A stretch of 64,000 nt of DNA, taken from contig JAPMXV010000056.1 in assembly GCA_026936335.1 (NCBI GenBank), positions 62,001-126,000 of the forward strand, written 5' to 3'. Below, one piece after another: positions 24,872 through 38,300 of this stretch. A program made the position numbers and the translations under genes. The stretch's first letter is position 1, and each line of letters opens with the position of its first letter. The DNA comes from Mantamonas sphyraenae STR306 (lineage: Eukaryota > Protista > CRuMs). The notes beneath the pieces were generated by a model. That model was not told where the DNA came from, made no database searches, and saw only the letters and a program-made list of their open reading frames with translations.

Positions 24872-26955
24872 TCACCTTCGTGCCCGCCGCTCTTCCTCGG
24901 CCTCCTTGTCCATCGCAATGTCCTTGATGGCCTGCTGCTTCTCCTCTGCACTCAAGCAGCGGTAATCCTTGTTGTGCGCGCGAGCCCACCTGCGCAGATC
25001 CCGATAGCTGTATGGAAAGGGCTCGTAGCTGCTGCTGCCTCCACCGTTGCTGCTGCTGCTGCTGCTGCTGGATGTGGACGGCGTTGCTGTCAACGAGGAT
25101 GTCAACGTGGTCGCGCTGTTGTCGTGCTTTGTACAGGTGGTCGATGTCGGCGCCGGAGCAGACGGGCGACGTCGCGGTGTCACAAATTCGCTCTTGCTGT
25201 TGCGTGTGGCACTGCCACGGATGTTCAAGGACGACAGCGAACCGCACCGGCTGGATCGTCCCCGCCCACGCGATTCGTCTGTCGAACGCGTGCGTCGCAT
25301 CATCTGTTGCACAGAGCTCGCTGATCCCGTGCGCGTTGATCGCTGTCGACGTCGGCCACTCGTCTGCTTGCCCTGTTTGCCTTCCCTGCTTTGTTTCTCG
25401 TTCTTCTTCACCTCGTGTAGCGCGTTGTTGTCGCTCACCACTCGCTGCACCCTGTCCCGTGTATCAACCACGTGCCCCGACGACACACGTCCACTGTTCC
25501 TCTTTTTTGACAATCCCCTGGTTTCCGTGACAGGCTGTGCTGCTTCTCCCTCGTCCTCCTCACCTTCCTCGTCCTCGTCTTCCTCGTCGTCCTCCATCAG
25601 CTCGTCGTCCTCGTCCTCGTCCTCGTCTTCCTCGTCACTCACAGGAACCGTACTGGACGTGCTGTATCCGTCGTCTTCCATGTCCTCTTCGTCGTCTGTC
25701 GACACGCTGCAGGCCAGCGACACAAAGCCCCTGCTCTGCGGCGACTGACGCGTCTTCGTACGCGGCGTCGTTTTGTGCTGCACACGAGTGTTTGTCGTCC
25801 CTGCCTGTGCCACAAGCGAGAACGATGTCACTCCAGCCTGTTTGCTGCGTCGAGACGTGTTGCGCACCCTCACCGGCGGCGAACGCAAAAACGAACTGCC
25901 ACTCGTCCTCAACATGGGCGAGCGTCGCGGCGGCGACCCATCGGGCGAGTTGCGACGCACGCCCCCCTGTGTCTGAGCCCCATGATGACTGTGCGAGACT
26001 CCGTGGCTGCTCGATGGCCGAGTGCGCCCATCAAGCGCAAATCGAGGCGGCGAATCACGCACCGAATCCATCGACATGTCAACGCTGTGCGCACTCTGTT
26101 CCACCTCCACCGGCGACTCGGTGTCCTCTCGCAGCCTGAACGCTGCGCTGTATGCGGACGAAGATGCCGTTCCCGGTGTGCTGATGTTGGTGTTGGTCGA
26201 CATGGGCGAAAACAGGTCCGCCGCCGTGTGTTGTGTCTGCGCCACTTTCACTTTGAGCGCGTTCACCGCTCTGCTCGCCTGCTTCTGTTCGTACTCCTTC
26301 TCCACCTCATCCAGAGCCACAGCCTGGCAATCTTTGTTCCACCATCCACTGTGCAAGTACTTCTGCATGATCTCTGCTGCCCCCTGGGCCACCTTGTCCA
26401 ATTCACCTTCCTCCTCTTCTGCCTCTTCCTCCTCCTTCTGTGGGTACTCCAACGTCGTCTGTTCCTCTCCGTGCGGCCCCTTGACATTCTTTTGCGGGAA
26501 ATGGTTCCTGTGTGCCCCGCATGTATGTGTGTGCGTGTGTACGTTCCATCCCGCGCGTGAGCTCCGAGCCCGTTCCGTTTAAATTTCCCGCCGAGGTGGC
26601 CGTTTGTCCGCCATTGGCGCGCGCGCTCAAATATTTTCGTCCGCCTCCGCGTGTCCGCCCTCCCCACGTCCGCAACCTACCAGTGTACATCCTCAAACCA
26701 GCTACATACATGTGCCCAACGTGTGCGCAGCCCGTACTGCAGTGTCAGCTCCATTCCGCCACTCTGTGGCCGACACGCTGCCGAAAGAGCTTACCTTTCT
26801 TCGCGGCAAAAGAACAATTCCTCGCCCCTCTGCTCCTCCTGCTCTTCTTCGAAATCAAAGTACTGCGGCGCATCAAACTCAAACTGTTCGTCCAAGTAGC
26901 TGGCCTTGGACGAGCTTGACGAGCATGAACTTGTCGATTGGCCAAGTTCTGCCAT
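24872..26955 (-). CDS. Disordered protein with an N-terminal TPX2-type Aurora-A-binding motif
   Basis: Exon 1 (26955-26795) encodes ...YLDEQFEFDAPQYFDFEEE...ELFF. Intron 26794-26508 (GTAAGC...CAG) joins in phase 2 to the 526-aa ORF. Confidence 0.65.
26578..26592 (+). promoter_or_regulatory. Candidate E2F site with an adjacent CHR-like TTTAAA, in intron 1 of the TPX2-motif gene
   Basis: TTTAAA followed by TTTCCCGCC, matching TTTSSCGC. Confidence 0.4.
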
Positions 26956-27117
26956 AGGTCAGCTTTCCAAAACAAGAGTTGCCTCCACACGCGCGTTGCC
27001 AACCTGACCACACTGCATGGTCTCTCCCGCTACCCCCAGTGCAAATATGACCATTGCACAGCACAAAATGTGTGCAAAGACACCGGACGCAATGGCGCAA
27101 TGGTGCAGCCCCAGGGT

Positions 27118-27993
27118 TCATTCTGCTGAATCTCCTTCCAGCAAACCCTTCAGGCCTGCATGCACAGGCACTTGCACAATCTCACCTGGACGCAGCACAC
27201 GTGCCATGGTCGTGCTGTGTTGCTTCTGCTTCCCTTCCAGGATCCTGTACGGGCCGTACGCCGTGCGGATGAGCCGTGTCACCTGCAGTCCAATCTCCGA
27301 CAGCGCACGCCTCACCTCCCTGTTCTTGCCCTCCCGCAGCACCATTGTCAGCCACGCCTGTTTCCCTCGCGCCTGGTCCACCTCCACGTCCATCGGCCGA
27401 CATCGAATCCCGTCTGCGAGACGCACCCCCTTGCGCAACGCTTGCAGGCCCCTTCGCTCCAGTACTCCGTACACACGCGCACGGTACTCCCGCTCCAGGC
27501 CGTTTTCAGGCAGTTCCATCGCACGAGCCAACCCTCCGTGGTTTGTCAGCAGCAGCAGGCCCTCCGTCGTGTAGTCCAGACGCCCGACACTCATCGTCGC
27601 ACCGACTCCCATCTTCTGCACATGTGGAAACAGCAACCGCCGACCCTGTGCGTCCACCATTGTATCCCTCTCGTTTTGGCTGCGCTCTGGATGGCTCACA
27701 AGCACGTCCCGCCGCTTGTAGTGCATCCAAAGCTTCGGTTCCGGATCTTCCAGTGCAATCGGCCGCCCGTCAACACGCACCTCGTCCCCCGGCTGTACAA
27801 ACGTCACTGGAGTAGCCACACGCATTCCGTTAAGCTGAACTCGCCCAGACTCGATCAGCTGCTCAGCCCGTCGCCGCGAACATACCCCTGCACGCGCAAT
27901 CCGTTTTGCAATCCGTTCACCCTGCGCCGCGACCACTTCCGCTGCGCCTCCGGACGCCGAACCCTGACCCATAAGCACCCGTCTGCAAAACAT
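27118..27993 (-). CDS. RsuA/RluB-family rRNA pseudouridine synthase with S4 domain, probably mitochondrial
   Basis: Motifs ERIAKRIARAGVCSRR.AE, catalytic VGRLDYTTEGLLLLTN, EGKNREVRR and RLIRTAYGP. Confidence 0.9.
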   Translation of the reverse strand: MFCRRVLMGQGSASGGAAEVVAAQGERIAKRIARAGVCSRRRAEQLIESGRVQLNGMRVATPVTFVQPGDEVRVDGRPIALEDPEPKLWMHYKRRDVLVSHPERSQNERDTMVDAQGRRLLFPHVQKMGVGATMSVGRLDYTTEGLLLLTNHGGLARAMELPENGLEREYRARVYGVLERRGLQALRKGVRLADGIRCRPMDVEVDQARGKQAWLTMVLREGKNREVRRALSEIGLQVTRLIRTAYGPYRILEGKQKQHSTTMARVLRPGEIVQVPVHAGLKGLLEGDSAE

Positions 27994-28107
27994 CAGGATC
28001 CTGCTTACACGCACACACGCTTGAGCAAGCAAAAACGGGAGAACGGAGAAACCGAGTCTTTTGTTGTGTCCGAGGTCGCTCTGCGACAAATCACTTGAAT
28101 TTGCAAA

Positions 28108-29001
28108 TCACTTGTAGTTGTCCGTGATTTGGCGACGCTGTCCAAACTTGATGCCAGACGAGGTGTTGTTGGACGAGCCGCTGGTGCTGCTGATTGTAGA
28201 TCCCGAGTCGCCCGTGTCCGACGTCTTGATGATCTGGTTGGCCAGCGAGCGTGTGCCAGCCTGGCTTGCACCCTTGGTCATGCCTGCCTCCAGCAGCGGC
28301 ACCGTGTTGCGCCCCTCTGCCAGCTGCTCCTCCGAAAAGTTGCGCTCGTTCTTCTCGCTCAACTTGCTGCCCAGCTTGGGGCCATCGTAGCCCAGCGACT
28401 GTGCCTGGCGACCCAAAGCGTGGATGTTCTGCACCACTTGGCCCATGTCCTTGCCCTCGTACAGGTCCACCGTCACAAACAGGTCGTGCTCGGGCATCCC
28501 AAGTTCCTTGCACGCGTCCAGGTACGAGCCTACGTTCTCCATCTGCATGAACGGTGCCTTCATCTTGTTGATCTTCTTGATTGTACCCGGTGCAATCTCA
28601 TTCACCGCCCTGTTCCGTGCCAGCACGCCATGCATGTCAGCCTCGTGTGGCCCAAACGCAAAACGCCGGGAGGGATTATTTGGCCCCTTTTCTTTCCAAC
28701 CCGGCCCTTTACCCACCTCCCCCCCCGGCCTCTCCTCTCCCCATTTTCCCGCTCACCTGCACAGAATCACGCCGTCCTTCAGCGACTCCTGAAAGTCGTC
28801 TGATGCAAACGCAATGCCCGTCACCTCCTCCAGCCACTCGCGAGCCTCCGTCTCCATTCCGTAGTCGTACTTCTCACTCTGCTTCTTCTGCAGTTCGGCG
28901 TCCAGGCCGTAGCGCGGTCCTCGTTCGGTCTGCTCCCCATGGTGTGTCAGTCTTCCTACGCTGTGATTCTTCACCCGCTATTGCGTCATTCCACCCACCA
29001 T
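28108..29001 (-). CDS. Calponin/transgelin-family CH-domain protein
   Basis: ATG-only first exon; introns 28998-28930 and 28756-28610. Motifs GPRYGLDAEL, LKDGVILC, QMENV..YL, LFVTVDLYEGKD and calponin repeat G.TKGASQAG. Confidence 0.9.
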
Positions 29002-29047
29002 TCTTGCTTGGAAAGTCGTGGCCGCGCCGGCGACTACGCGTCCAACC

Positions 29048-32000
29048 ATGAACCTCACCGAGCAAGAGCAGCAACAGTGCGACCAGCTGCTCGACAAGTG
29101 GATGGTCGCAGGCAGCGATCATGCCTTTGTCCAGCACTGGATCTCTCTTGGCCTGCCTCAGGAGGCCTTTGCCTTTGTGAGTTTGAGTTGTTTGCTCTTC
29201 CCTCCCCCCAACTTGTGTTTCACCCATTCCACCAAACACACACACCCTCCCAGCGAACCCGACCCCACGCCTCCAACTCACACATAAATCCCCCGTGCAC
29301 TCCCTCATGCCTTTCTCCCCTCCCATCTCCTGCCCGCAGATCTGGAATATCGCCCGCAACTTCAGCCAGGACCTCGACAAGCAACAAGCTCGCCACCTCC
29401 TCCTCCTCACCGCCCTCTACCAGGCCGGCACGCCGCTTGAGCAACTCGTTGCAGAGTCCAACGACAACGCAAACCGCTCCAAGTACGACTCTCTGGTGCC
29501 TTCCCTGCCCGAGGTGCCCATCCCCAACGTGGAGAAGTACTACGACGTCTGGGCAATCACCGACCGCTGGGCGGTAGATTTCACCACCTACAACCAGTGG
29601 TTTGACCGCATCGCAGGCAATGACGCGTCTCACATGAGCGTCGATCAGGCAAAGCCCGTCTTCCAAAAGAGTGGCCTCGACGACAACGTCCTCGGCAAGA
29701 TCTGGTGCGTTTTCCATTCCCGTTTTCCCCTCCGACCGCCCCGCTCAACCCTCCCCTCATATTTTGCCCTCTGCCCGCACACCCAGCCATGCCCGCACAC
29801 GCTCACACACTCCCCCACCTACCCACTCATGCACGCCCTCCCTTCACGCCCGTCAGGCTCTACTCGGACATCGACATGGACCAGGCGTTGGACCGATGGG
29901 AATTCGCCTTGTCCATGGAACTGATCAACCGCGAACGCAACAACGGTTTTGTCACAAACAGCTCCGCACTCCAAGGCGACCTTGTGCCACCCATCAAACG
30001 AGTCGGCAGCGTCAAGCCGCCTGTCACCAAGCAGTCTGCGCAGAGTAGCCTGTACGTCGACCAGGACGACACGCGCCCCTCCGCCAGCTCCAGCTCAGGA
30101 AGCCGCACACACATCATGCAGCAGCACACAGGCCCTTCCCTCAACCAGCGTCAGGGCTCCCGCCTCGAGGGGGAGCGCATCCAGGTCCAGTATACAGGCC
30201 CCGCTAGGCTGCCCAATCCGGGCCAAGATCCCTCTGCCTCGTCCTCCGCGTCTGCCTCGACGTCCTCAGCCACCTCCGCCATCCCACCCATGATCGTCGA
30301 CAGCGAGCTGCAGAGCCACAAACAGACCTTTGACCGCTACAAGGGTCCCAATGACATGGTCGACGGCTCCACGGCTCACGGCGTCTTCAAAATGAGCAAC
30401 CTCGACGACCAGCTCCTTTACACCATCTGGAACCTCAGCGACCGCGATGAAGACGGCAGTCTCAACCTGCGCGAGTTTGCCATTGCCATGCATCTCATCA
30501 AAAAGGCCATGGCCGGCACGCCGCCTCCAGACTCTTTGCCGCAGCGTGTGTTTGAGGACGAGCTTCCGGCGTCCACCGCCACCACTGAGCCCGTCGTGCC
30601 CGTCGTGAACAACAACAAACAGCAGACTGGCAGACTGGCCAGCAGGAAACCACAGCCCCTGCCCAAGATGCCAGTAGCGATGAGCTGGACACCACTGTGA
30701 CTCCCCTCATCAGCCAGGCAAACGTGGACAAACACACCCAAACCTTCGAGCGCATTTCCCAGGGCGCAGACAGCATCACAGGAGCAGCTGCACGCAACGT
30801 GTACGTCATGTCCCAGCTCGACGCATCTGTCCTCAACCCCATCTGGAACCTCACCCACACCGACCCGGAGGACACTGTCAACGTAGACGAATTTGTTCTC
30901 GCCATGTTCCTCATCGAACAGGCCATGGCCGGGCACGATGTCCCCTCCTCCCTGCCTGCCGTCGTGTTCCCCAAGGACGTCCAAAACGTGCAGCAGCCAA
31001 CGGCGCAAGAGACGACCAGCACAGCCAGCGCCATGGAACCTGCAGAGCAACAACAGCAACAGCAACAGCAACAGCAGCAGCAGCAGCAGCAGGATAGCAC
31101 TGCAGATGCAGACACCGACCCCTTTGGCGGTTTTGCCGACTTTGGCATCTCGAACAACCAGGAAACCAACGCAGGTGGCAAAGACAACCCCGCAGAGAGT
31201 ACCAACACAACAGACGACGCCGCCAAGGATAACGCAAATGCGTTTGATGATCTGGATGGCTTTGGCGACATGATGGGCGGCGGCTGGGGATCTTCCGGAA
31301 CACAAGGCTCCGATCTCACGGCAGGCGCCTTTGGAGGCGACATGCAGGAGCAGACAAAGGAGAACACCGTTAACACTGACGTGGCCACAGACCCGTACAG
31401 TGCATTTGGAAGTGCGTTTGGAACCGACTTTGACTCAGGGTACGCAAGCGGCAGCAGTGCACACGACTCCACCACCAACAACGCAACGCCAGCTGCCGGT
31501 GGCTTTGGTGCAAACACAGAGACAGATGCAGACTTTGCGGTCGGCATGGGAGCAGGTGCTATGGGCATGGGCATGGGCAGTTTTGCTACAGAAAAGGAGG
31601 GGGACGTGCATCACGACGCAGCCAGCACCGCGTACTCGGACTCGGGAAGCTTTGTCGGCGACGGAGCTGCATTTGCAGGTCTGGGCAGCGACAGCGAGAC
31701 CGAAACCAGCCCTAGCGACGGCTTGCTGCTGCACAGCGCCGCAGGAGCAGCCCGGCCGTGGATGATCAATGCCGCACAGCTGGAGCAATTCAACCAAACT
31801 TTTGATGAGTATGATCGCAATCAAGACGAACACATCACCGGCGACGAGGCACGCGTTCTGTTTTCTCGCTACGGGTTGGACAACGAAGTGCTTGCAGACA
31901 TCTGGAATCTGGCCGATATGGACGGAGACAATGTCCTCGACCGGGACGAGTTTGCAGTGGCCATGTACTTGTTGCGCAACGCCAAGGAGAACAATGTGCT

Positions 32001-35000
32001 GCCTCCCATCATGCTGCCCATTGCGCTCATCCCGCTCTCCAAGCGCCACCTCTTCAACGACAAGGGAGAACTTCTGCACGACGACGACGACGATGACGAC
32101 GACATCGTGCACGAGCCCGAGGCATACAGTATGCTGGGAAGCGCAATGGACGCAGGAAACAGCAGCGACACAAGTTCGGTACCAAGCACCACAGGCAGCC
32201 TGCACGGAGGCGGAATTGCGGAAGCGCAGCCTGTAGCAGCCACCATGCAGCAGCAATCAGCGGTGACGCAAGCTGCTGCGCCCGCACAGATGGAGGCCCT
32301 GTGGAATGATCACACCACGCAACAGATTGAAATGGGTGAAGACATCAAGCTGGTGGGAAGCACGGCACAGTACCTGAAGCAATCGCAGAACGAGAACAAG
32401 CTGCTGAACCTGTCCTACGCAAACCTACAGGCACAGCGCACGCAAATCAACGCCGTGCTCTCGCAACTGGACGAGCAGTGTGAACTGCTCGCGGCACAGA
32501 AGGAGCGCCTGGAGCCACTGATCGAGGAGGAAACAGGCGCGTTGACAGGAGTGCAGAAGCAAGTGGATACGCAACAGGCACTGCGCAAGCAGCTGCAGAG
32601 CGAAGTGAACCAACTGACTGTGGAGAAGATGGTCACAGCGGCGCTGACGACAAAGGCACGCGAGCAGCTCGAGTCCGTCACGAACGATTGCAAGGAGCTC
32701 AGTGACGTGGCCGACCAGCTCACCAAGGAACTGGAACAGATGAAGGAGTCGCGCTCCACAATGGAAGAGACCGTGCGCAACAACACAAAGATCATGTTGT
32801 CTCTCAAGGCGCGCATCAAGGCACGCAAGAAGGAGCTGGAGATGGAGCGTGCTGCCTTTGCGCACCAGCAAGCGGACGCCGCGCGTGTCGAGGCGCAGGT
32901 TGCAGTGTACAAGGACGAGCTGGAAACTCTGGAGAACATCGATGCATACACCGTAGCGTCCACAGGCTCCACCAGCAGCAGCGCCACAACCGCCACAAAC
33001 ACCAACGCTCACAGCGCGGCGGTGGCCCAGTCGCCCAAGCTCCAGACACAGACCCAGAGTGTGCCATCCCCGGGAACCACTAGCAGTGGCAGCAGTGTTC
33101 CATCATCACCCATGCAAACACCGGCGATTCAGGTGTTTGAAGAGATGGCGCTTGCCGAGCCCGCAGAGGCCACGCACAAGAGCGAGACTGCAAGCGTCGC
33201 CAGCACAAAGGCCTCGCCCAAGGCCACGCCTGTGGTCGCAAACACCTCTCCAGAGCCGGAGAAGCCCAAGGGCCAGCCGGCGCCTGAGGAGACACAGACG
33301 GCTGCAGCCGTCGATTTCGGCAGCGACTTTGACGCCGGATTCGGGGCTGACTTTGGAGCAGACGCATTTTCCGGGTCCCAGAGCAGCGAGAGCGACTGGG
33401 GTAAAGGTGGAGACCAAGTCGACTTTGGTGGCATGGATGCTTTTAGCGTGGATGCGGGTGCTACCTCGGACGCTTCCAGCGCTTTCCAAGGCAGCCCGTT
33501 CGAAGCAGCTGGCAGCGGTGCCGTGCAGCCATTTGGTGACGATGCATTCATGAGTGACGATGGCCGCATGGCAGACACGGAGGCTGAAGATGACGTGAAA
33601 AAGGACGCTGCGGCACCCGGGGAAGGGAGCAAGGATGACACTGCCAGCACTGGCCAAGGTAACGACGCAACCCCAGATTTCGGCGACGACGCTGGCTTTG
33701 GTGACGTCGGCTTTGGTGACGACGCTGGCTTTGGTGACGACGCTGGCTTTGGTGACGACGCTGGCTTTGGCGGCGACGCTGGCTTTGGTGACGACGCTGG
33801 CTTTGGCAGCGACGCTGGCTTTGGTGATGACGCTGGCTTTGGCGATGACGCTGGCTTTGGTGACGTCGGCTTTGGAGACGATGCTGGCTTTGGCGACGAT
33901 GCTGGCTTTGGCGACGATGCTGGCTTTGGTGAAAGCGCAGGGTTCGGTGACGACGCTGTGTTCTCCGACACCAGCACGGGAGCGGATCAGAAACAGAGTG
34001 TCGCCGAAACAGAAGACAAGGCAAGTTCAGAAAAGGAAGAGGAGAAAGCGGAAGAGGACGCTGGAGAATCGGCAGATGCGAGTGCCAAGGAAGACGCAAA
34101 AAAGGCAGAGGCCGGCGCGGTAAGCGCAGACGAGAAAGGAGACGGTGCACAAGGTTCGTTTGGAGGTGACTTTGGCGCAGATTTCGGTGCAGATTTTGGA
34201 GGAGGCTTCGACGCCTTTGGCAGCGACAGCGCAGGTGGCTTTTCCTTCGATGAGGCCAATGGTGAGACAAAGAAGAAGGGAGAAGAGAGCAACAGCAGTG
34301 GGTTTGATGCGTTTGGAGACGCATTTGGAGGCGCCGAGTCGGATACCACCCAAGGAGGCTCGTCCACGACTGCAGAGTTTGGCGGTGGTTTCGACACGGG
34401 CTTTGACGGCTTTGGCGAGGATGACAACGGAAGCAAAAAGGCAAGCGAGGAGCGAGACGGCACAGACGAAACCAAGCAGGGCGACGAGGAACAGAAGGAA
34501 GGTGAGGACGAAGAAGAGCAGGAGAAGGAACCGGAAAACCAGCCAGAATCCCAACCGGAATCCCAACCGGAGAGCAAAGGCGAGATCGGTGCGGCACAGG
34601 AAAAGGAGCCTGAGAACGCCACGACAGCCACGAGCGAAGATGCGTTTGCGGGCGGATTCGACGGTGGCTTTGATGCGTTTGGCAGTGGCACAGAAAGCGG
34701 CGCTGGCGCTGGAGGAGACACAAACGATTTTGGGGGCAGCTTTGGGGGTGCGTCGTTCGATGGTGCCGACTTTGGCGCCAGCTTCGACGCCTTTGGCAGC
34801 GGGAGTGGTGGCGACGGCGAGGCCGACTTTTCGGCGAGCTTCGACGCCTTTGGTGGAGGGTTTGGCAGCGAGGGAGACAGCAAGGCGCAGACAGACGAGG
34901 ACACAGGAGCATCCACCTCGGATGCATTTGGTGGGGCTTTTGGCTCGACGGCAGAATCGCCCAAGCCGACACGCGGGGTGTCGCGCAGGAAAAAGGGCAC

Positions 35001-35307
35001 GTCATCGTCGCGCAGCACGTTCAACGCTTTCGGCGACATTTCCACAACACCAAAGGGCAAGGGGCGACGCACGTCCAAAACCAAGCTGGAACAGGCCGTG
35101 GCTGAAGAAGCGCAGCGGCAAAAAGACGAGGAACAGCAGGCAGCAGTTGCAAACGCCGCTGCGGCTGCAGTCTCCTCGGCCACCACCTCTCGCGAGAGCA
35201 ACCATTGTCCCGTGTGCGACAAGTTTATTGAAGGCGACAACGCCGTGTTCAACACACACGTCGACGAGTGCCTGAACGGAACAGCACTGTCGGACGCAAC
35301 TGGTTGA
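29048..35307 (+). CDS. Eps15/Ede1-like endocytic adaptor: 4-5 EH domains, coiled coil, acidic FG-rich region and C-terminal UBZ4-type zinc finger; frame break near 30631
   Basis: Repeated S.L....L..IW.L.D.D.D..L...EF..AM motifs; introns 29177-29339 and 29705-29856; C-terminal CPVC...NTHVDECL. Confidence 0.88.
33679..33960 (+). repeat. Coding minisatellite, 16 units of ~18 bp (FGDDAG)
   Basis: Consensus TTTGGTGACGACGCTGGC; 14 units of 18 bp and 2 of 15 bp (FGDVG). Confidence 0.95.
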
Positions 35308-35351
35308 CAGAGCTGACGAAATGCAAAATGAAATCGGCCTTCGTTCATTGG

Positions 35352-38300
35352 TCACACTGCAGTCGCCCGACGAGTGGTAGCACCCAACGAAGCCTTTTGC
35401 TCGTCACTCATGGTGCTCACAAACTGGGCCGTGCCATAAACGCCGTGCACCGAGTCGACGTCGTTCCTGCCCACAGCAGACGGAGCACCCGCAGCGGAGC
35501 TGTGTACCATCAAAGCTGGCATGGGTGCAGGCAAAGAAGCCAACAGCTCGCCTGCAGTGCGTGCCTCGCCGCTGCGGTCGGGTGTCTTGAGCTCGACCGC
35601 GGCACGGCCAGCCAGCAGTTCGTCTCGAGCTGCCTTCAGCTGCAACGGGGCTGTGCTGGACAACACTTTGCCTAGAAGCGCATCGAGCTGTCGACGCACA
35701 GCCTCCTCTTGCGCTGTAGGATCGGCGCCCGAGGCACGCGCGTCGATAGCAAGCTCATACATGTGAAGCAGTTCAAAGCCATGCTGGAGCACCTCTTCCA
35801 TGCCCTTTGCGTTGAGCACGCGTGTTTGCTCGCCGTCAGGCTTCAGTACACGTGAGTTCCACTCCTGCGACTTGCGCAGTCGGCTCCACGATGTTTCCTC
35901 CGCATGTGGCTCACTTTGCACAAGCACTGGCAGCAGCTCGCTGGCCTCAAACTCCGCAAGGAACGATAAATCCACCCCGAGGGTCTCCTCTTCGTTCACA
36001 AAGTCGCTGAGATGCACTCGTTCACGTGCTTCTTCCAACGCTGCTTCCAGAGCAGCGTTCGTCTCCTCCTCAGCCTCCTGCTCGCTCTTGACGTTGCTGC
36101 TGCTCGTGCTCATGCTTCCATTCACCCCTCCCTGAGAGTCCATGCGTGCACGCAGGCGCGCGCGCGCACGTGCACGTGCACCTGCACGCGCCTTTTGCAT
36201 CACCTTTTGCCGGGCTGTCTGTTCAAGCTCGTTCCTCGTCTCTGCAAATGCATGCAGTCCCGCCAGTGTCTTGTGCAGCTGCTCGCGGATGGCACCGGGC
36301 TGCGCACGCATAATCTTTTCCTTTGCCGCTGCGCCTGCCTTGCCACTCACCCGTGTCTGCTCCTTCTTCTCCGTCTTCTTCTTCTTCTCCTCCTCCTCCT
36401 TGCCCTCCACATCCATGGCGTCCTCCTCTTCCTCCTCTTCCTCCTCTTCTTCCTCTTCCTCCTCCTCCTCCTCCTTCTCCTCCTCTTTCCCACGTCCCAG
36501 CACATCTACGTCGTCGTCGCCGTACGACAATGCACGCAACTCTGCAAACAACTGCGCCTGCTCCTCGTCCAGCGTCAACGAACGTTCCACACGTGTCAGG
36601 TGATCGAGCGCTGCGCGGTCGTCGCCGGTATCTTGCACGTCAAAGAGGGCGTTGATCGATTCGCTCACGCTCGCCTCGGCCGTGCCATTGTCCAAGCCCA
36701 ACGTGTGCACAAGCGACTGCAAAGCATCGTAGGCCTTTGGCTGTGATGTGACCATGTGTTCCACAGCCTGCAACATCGCCAGATCGCTCAAGGAGCCATC
36801 GCCTGGTGTGCTTTGACCAGCTTCCAGCTCTTCGGGCAGCACCTTGCTGCTCATGGGCATGCGTTGCACCTGTTGCCAGTCCATGCGTGCATAGTTGACC
36901 CGTTGCCTCTGCACTCGTCGCTGTGCTGCATTCAGCTGCTTTCGTGGACGGATCAACACCGGTTTCTCTGGAATGAGACGCCTCGCCTGCTCCGCCTGGT
37001 ACTGCTTGGCCACCTGTTGGCTCAGCGAGCTCACGTCACCGTTAAAGGCAAGCCGTTGCACCGCAGTGATTCCTTTCTTCTCAGCCTTTTGCGCCGCCTT
37101 GTCGCCCTGCGACAAAAGGTGAAACGTGCTCGTCGTGCTCACTCGTTTCGGCAACCTTGTGCGTCGCCTCAAATCCTCCTCGCTTTCTGAAGCGGACCCA
37201 TAGCTTGCCTCTTGATCTGTGTCGCCGCTGCTCATCTCGACTTCATCCTCGTCGTCATCCGCCTCAGCATCCTCAGAGTCTCCGTACCCAACAACGTACA
37301 TCGAACGAGCTGCACGGCGTGCTCGCTGTCCTTGTCGTCGAGTCGGCGTGTGTCCAATGAATGCAGCGCTTCCAGTTTTCTGCAGCTTGGCCACCAGCTG
37401 CTCCTGCTCTGCTTCCAGCGCTGCCTCCATCTTTTCGTCCATCTGGCCGGAGCGCTCCAGCTCCTTCACGTGCTCTGCCTCCCGCTTGCGCACATCCTTC
37501 AGCAACTTGCAGCCTGTGTTGTACACGATGCTTGCGCTGTCGCTCACCTCGTTGTCCTCCCCGTTGTATGCAAAGCAGTTGTCACGCAGCAGTTCCAGGT
37601 CCGCCTCAAACTCTCCCGCGCGTGTGTACGCTCCGCTCTTGATCTTGGCCTGCATTTTGGAAAAGTCCATGGGCTCGTCCACATAGTCCAAGTAGTCTGT
37701 GTACATGCTCGTGTCCACGGGTTCGTGAAACAAAAAGAACGTGTCCAGAGGTCGCAGCTGATCAAGCACCACCTGCAGTTCCGTGTCCAGCACAAATCTG
37801 TGGCTCTCCCCCACCTTTTGTCTTTTGGGTGCAGCCTACACGGGTGTGTGCCACGGTGTGCGCAAAAGATGGTGTGTAAACAGTGACATGACGCGTCGGC
37901 GCGTGAGTGTGTGCGCTTTTGCAACGGAGCCTGTCCTCCTCCCGCCAAAAAATTCCCTCTCGGCCACAACCTACCTCCTCCTCAGTCTCTTCGCCATCTT
38001 CCTTGGCAGGCGCATACGCAACGTCCTCATCTTCCGCCCCATACGCTGGGTCGTACTCGTCTTCCACACGTGCATACAAGCCCAACGGCCCGGACTGGGC
38101 CTGCTGAGACTCAGCGCGGGATCGCTTTCGCGTGTTTCCGCCCGCCTTTCCCTTGGATGCGGTCGACGTTTGCTCGGCGTCTGCCGGACGCATGACAGGG
38201 ATTGTCGTTGAACTTGCAGGGGGCATGTTTGTCTGTGACATCACCTGCTGCTGGCCGTACCCCTGGTTTGTCGCCTGCATCAGATTTGTCAACGATCCGT

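Noticed and set aside
33679-33960. Regular short repeats that might suggest a CRISPR array
   Set aside because: Head-to-tail in-frame coding repeats with no unique spacers, in a eukaryotic gene.
36141-36192. Palindrome-rich GC/GTGCAC tract
   Set aside because: Explained by the Ala-Arg dipeptide repeat of the bromodomain protein.
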